Shown here: positions 29,166-29,768 of the stretch, piece by piece
Layout of the letters: every line of letters starts with the position of its first letter
How positions within the stretch are numbered: position 1 is the first letter of the stretch
Source of the DNA: Methanomicrobiales archaeon
GTDB lineage: Archaea > Halobacteriota > Methanomicrobia > Methanomicrobiales > JACTUA01
Length of the DNA stretch: 29,768 nucleotides
Direction of reading: 5' to 3'
Assembly: GCA_028679035.1 (NCBI GenBank)
Contig: JAJRCL010000101.1
Coordinates: 1 to 29,768 of the forward strand
The notes under the pieces: generated by a model
What the model was told of the DNA's origin: nothing
Database searches by the model: none
Seen by the model: only the letters and a program-made list of their open reading frames with translations
Position numbers and translations under genes: made by a program

Positions 29166-29768
29166 TTATGGGAGTGTTCCCCGTAAACGCTCCCACGCCG
29201 AGAGCAGGCCAAAACAACCGGTGAGCATCATGTCCCCGAATGGGGCCGCCTGGTAGGCCCCGGGAAGGAGAGCCTTGCGGTTCGGTCCGGTTACTGCGAT
29301 CCAGTCTGCGTGAAGTGATTTGTGCAAGGCGGCACCATGCCCTCCTTCATCAAAGATTTCCTGTCCCGTGAGGGTTCCGTCGCAGAGTTTTCGGATCAAT
29401 GCACGAAGATGTTTGCTCTCGAGGGCCGCGGTGTGGTGTTCAAAAATCCCGTATATTTCTTCTCCTTTTACCGAGACGCAAAGCGTATGCCCGTTACCGG
29501 CATTCACGAGAACGATGCCGCTTTCCTTATGTTCCTGGACGACGGGGTCGCAGAGCGCTCCGAGGATGGCTGCGGGACCGGTGTCGATGACGAGAGCACC
29601 CGGTGCCTGGGCCCGGACGGCATGCATCCGGCTCATTTCGGGAAGCGGCGGATCATGCAGAAGTGCGGAGATCTGCCAGTCTCCCTGAACGAGGCCAGCT
29701 TCCATAATTTCGAACCGGAAGACGCGGTTACTTTTTTCCGGGGAAAATCCGTGGTCCTGCACCGCGAA
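29166..29768 (-). CDS. DUF1786-family protein, 5'-truncated by the window edge
   Basis: DTG.AAILGA..D, VNAGNGHT, GIFEHHT, GGHGA, APFGDMMLTGCFGL; frame open to 29768. Confidence 0.8.
   Translation of the reverse strand, partial: FAVQDHGFSPEKSNRVFRFEIMEAGLVQGDWQISALLHDPPLPEMSRMHAVRAQAPGALVIDTGPAAILGALCDPVVQEHKESGIVLVNAGNGHTLCVSVKGEEIYGIFEHHTAALESKHLRALIRKLCDGTLTGQEIFDEGGHGAALHKSLHADWIAVTGPNRKALLPGAYQAAPFGDMMLTGCFGLLSAWERLRGTLP

Overview
Archaeal chromosomal segment, by inference a methanogen of the Methanomicrobiales type (split RpoB''/B' and RpoA'/A'', archaeal NusA and L30e, geranylgeranyl reductase, HEAT-repeat and receiver proteins). It is mostly housekeeping: the RNA polymerase operon (tRNA-Lys-rpoH-rpoB''-rpoB'-rpoA'-rpoA''-rpl30e-nusA, 13991-22315), tRNA-Pro(GGG), RNase HII, an EndoQ-like PHP nuclease, ferredoxin+GGR, site-2 protease, NfeD/stomatin, DUF89 phosphatase, MsrA and an APC permease. 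I see no mobile element, CRISPR array or rRNA. The best candidate for an undescribed system is the divergent locus at 9816-13409. It combines a MinD ATPase with a membrane-targeting helix, a coupled small membrane/coiled-coil protein, a membrane-anchored roadblock-like protein, a PATAN/DUF2226-like protein, a soluble Roadblock/LC7 (MglB-like) protein and an orphan receiver protein, with distinctive promoter repeats. This looks like a cell-polarity/positioning switch in which a MinD ATPase replaces the MglA GTPase. Second is a stand-alone RNase III nuclease domain with an altered metal-binding signature. All family calls are by motif recognition; no database searches were run.
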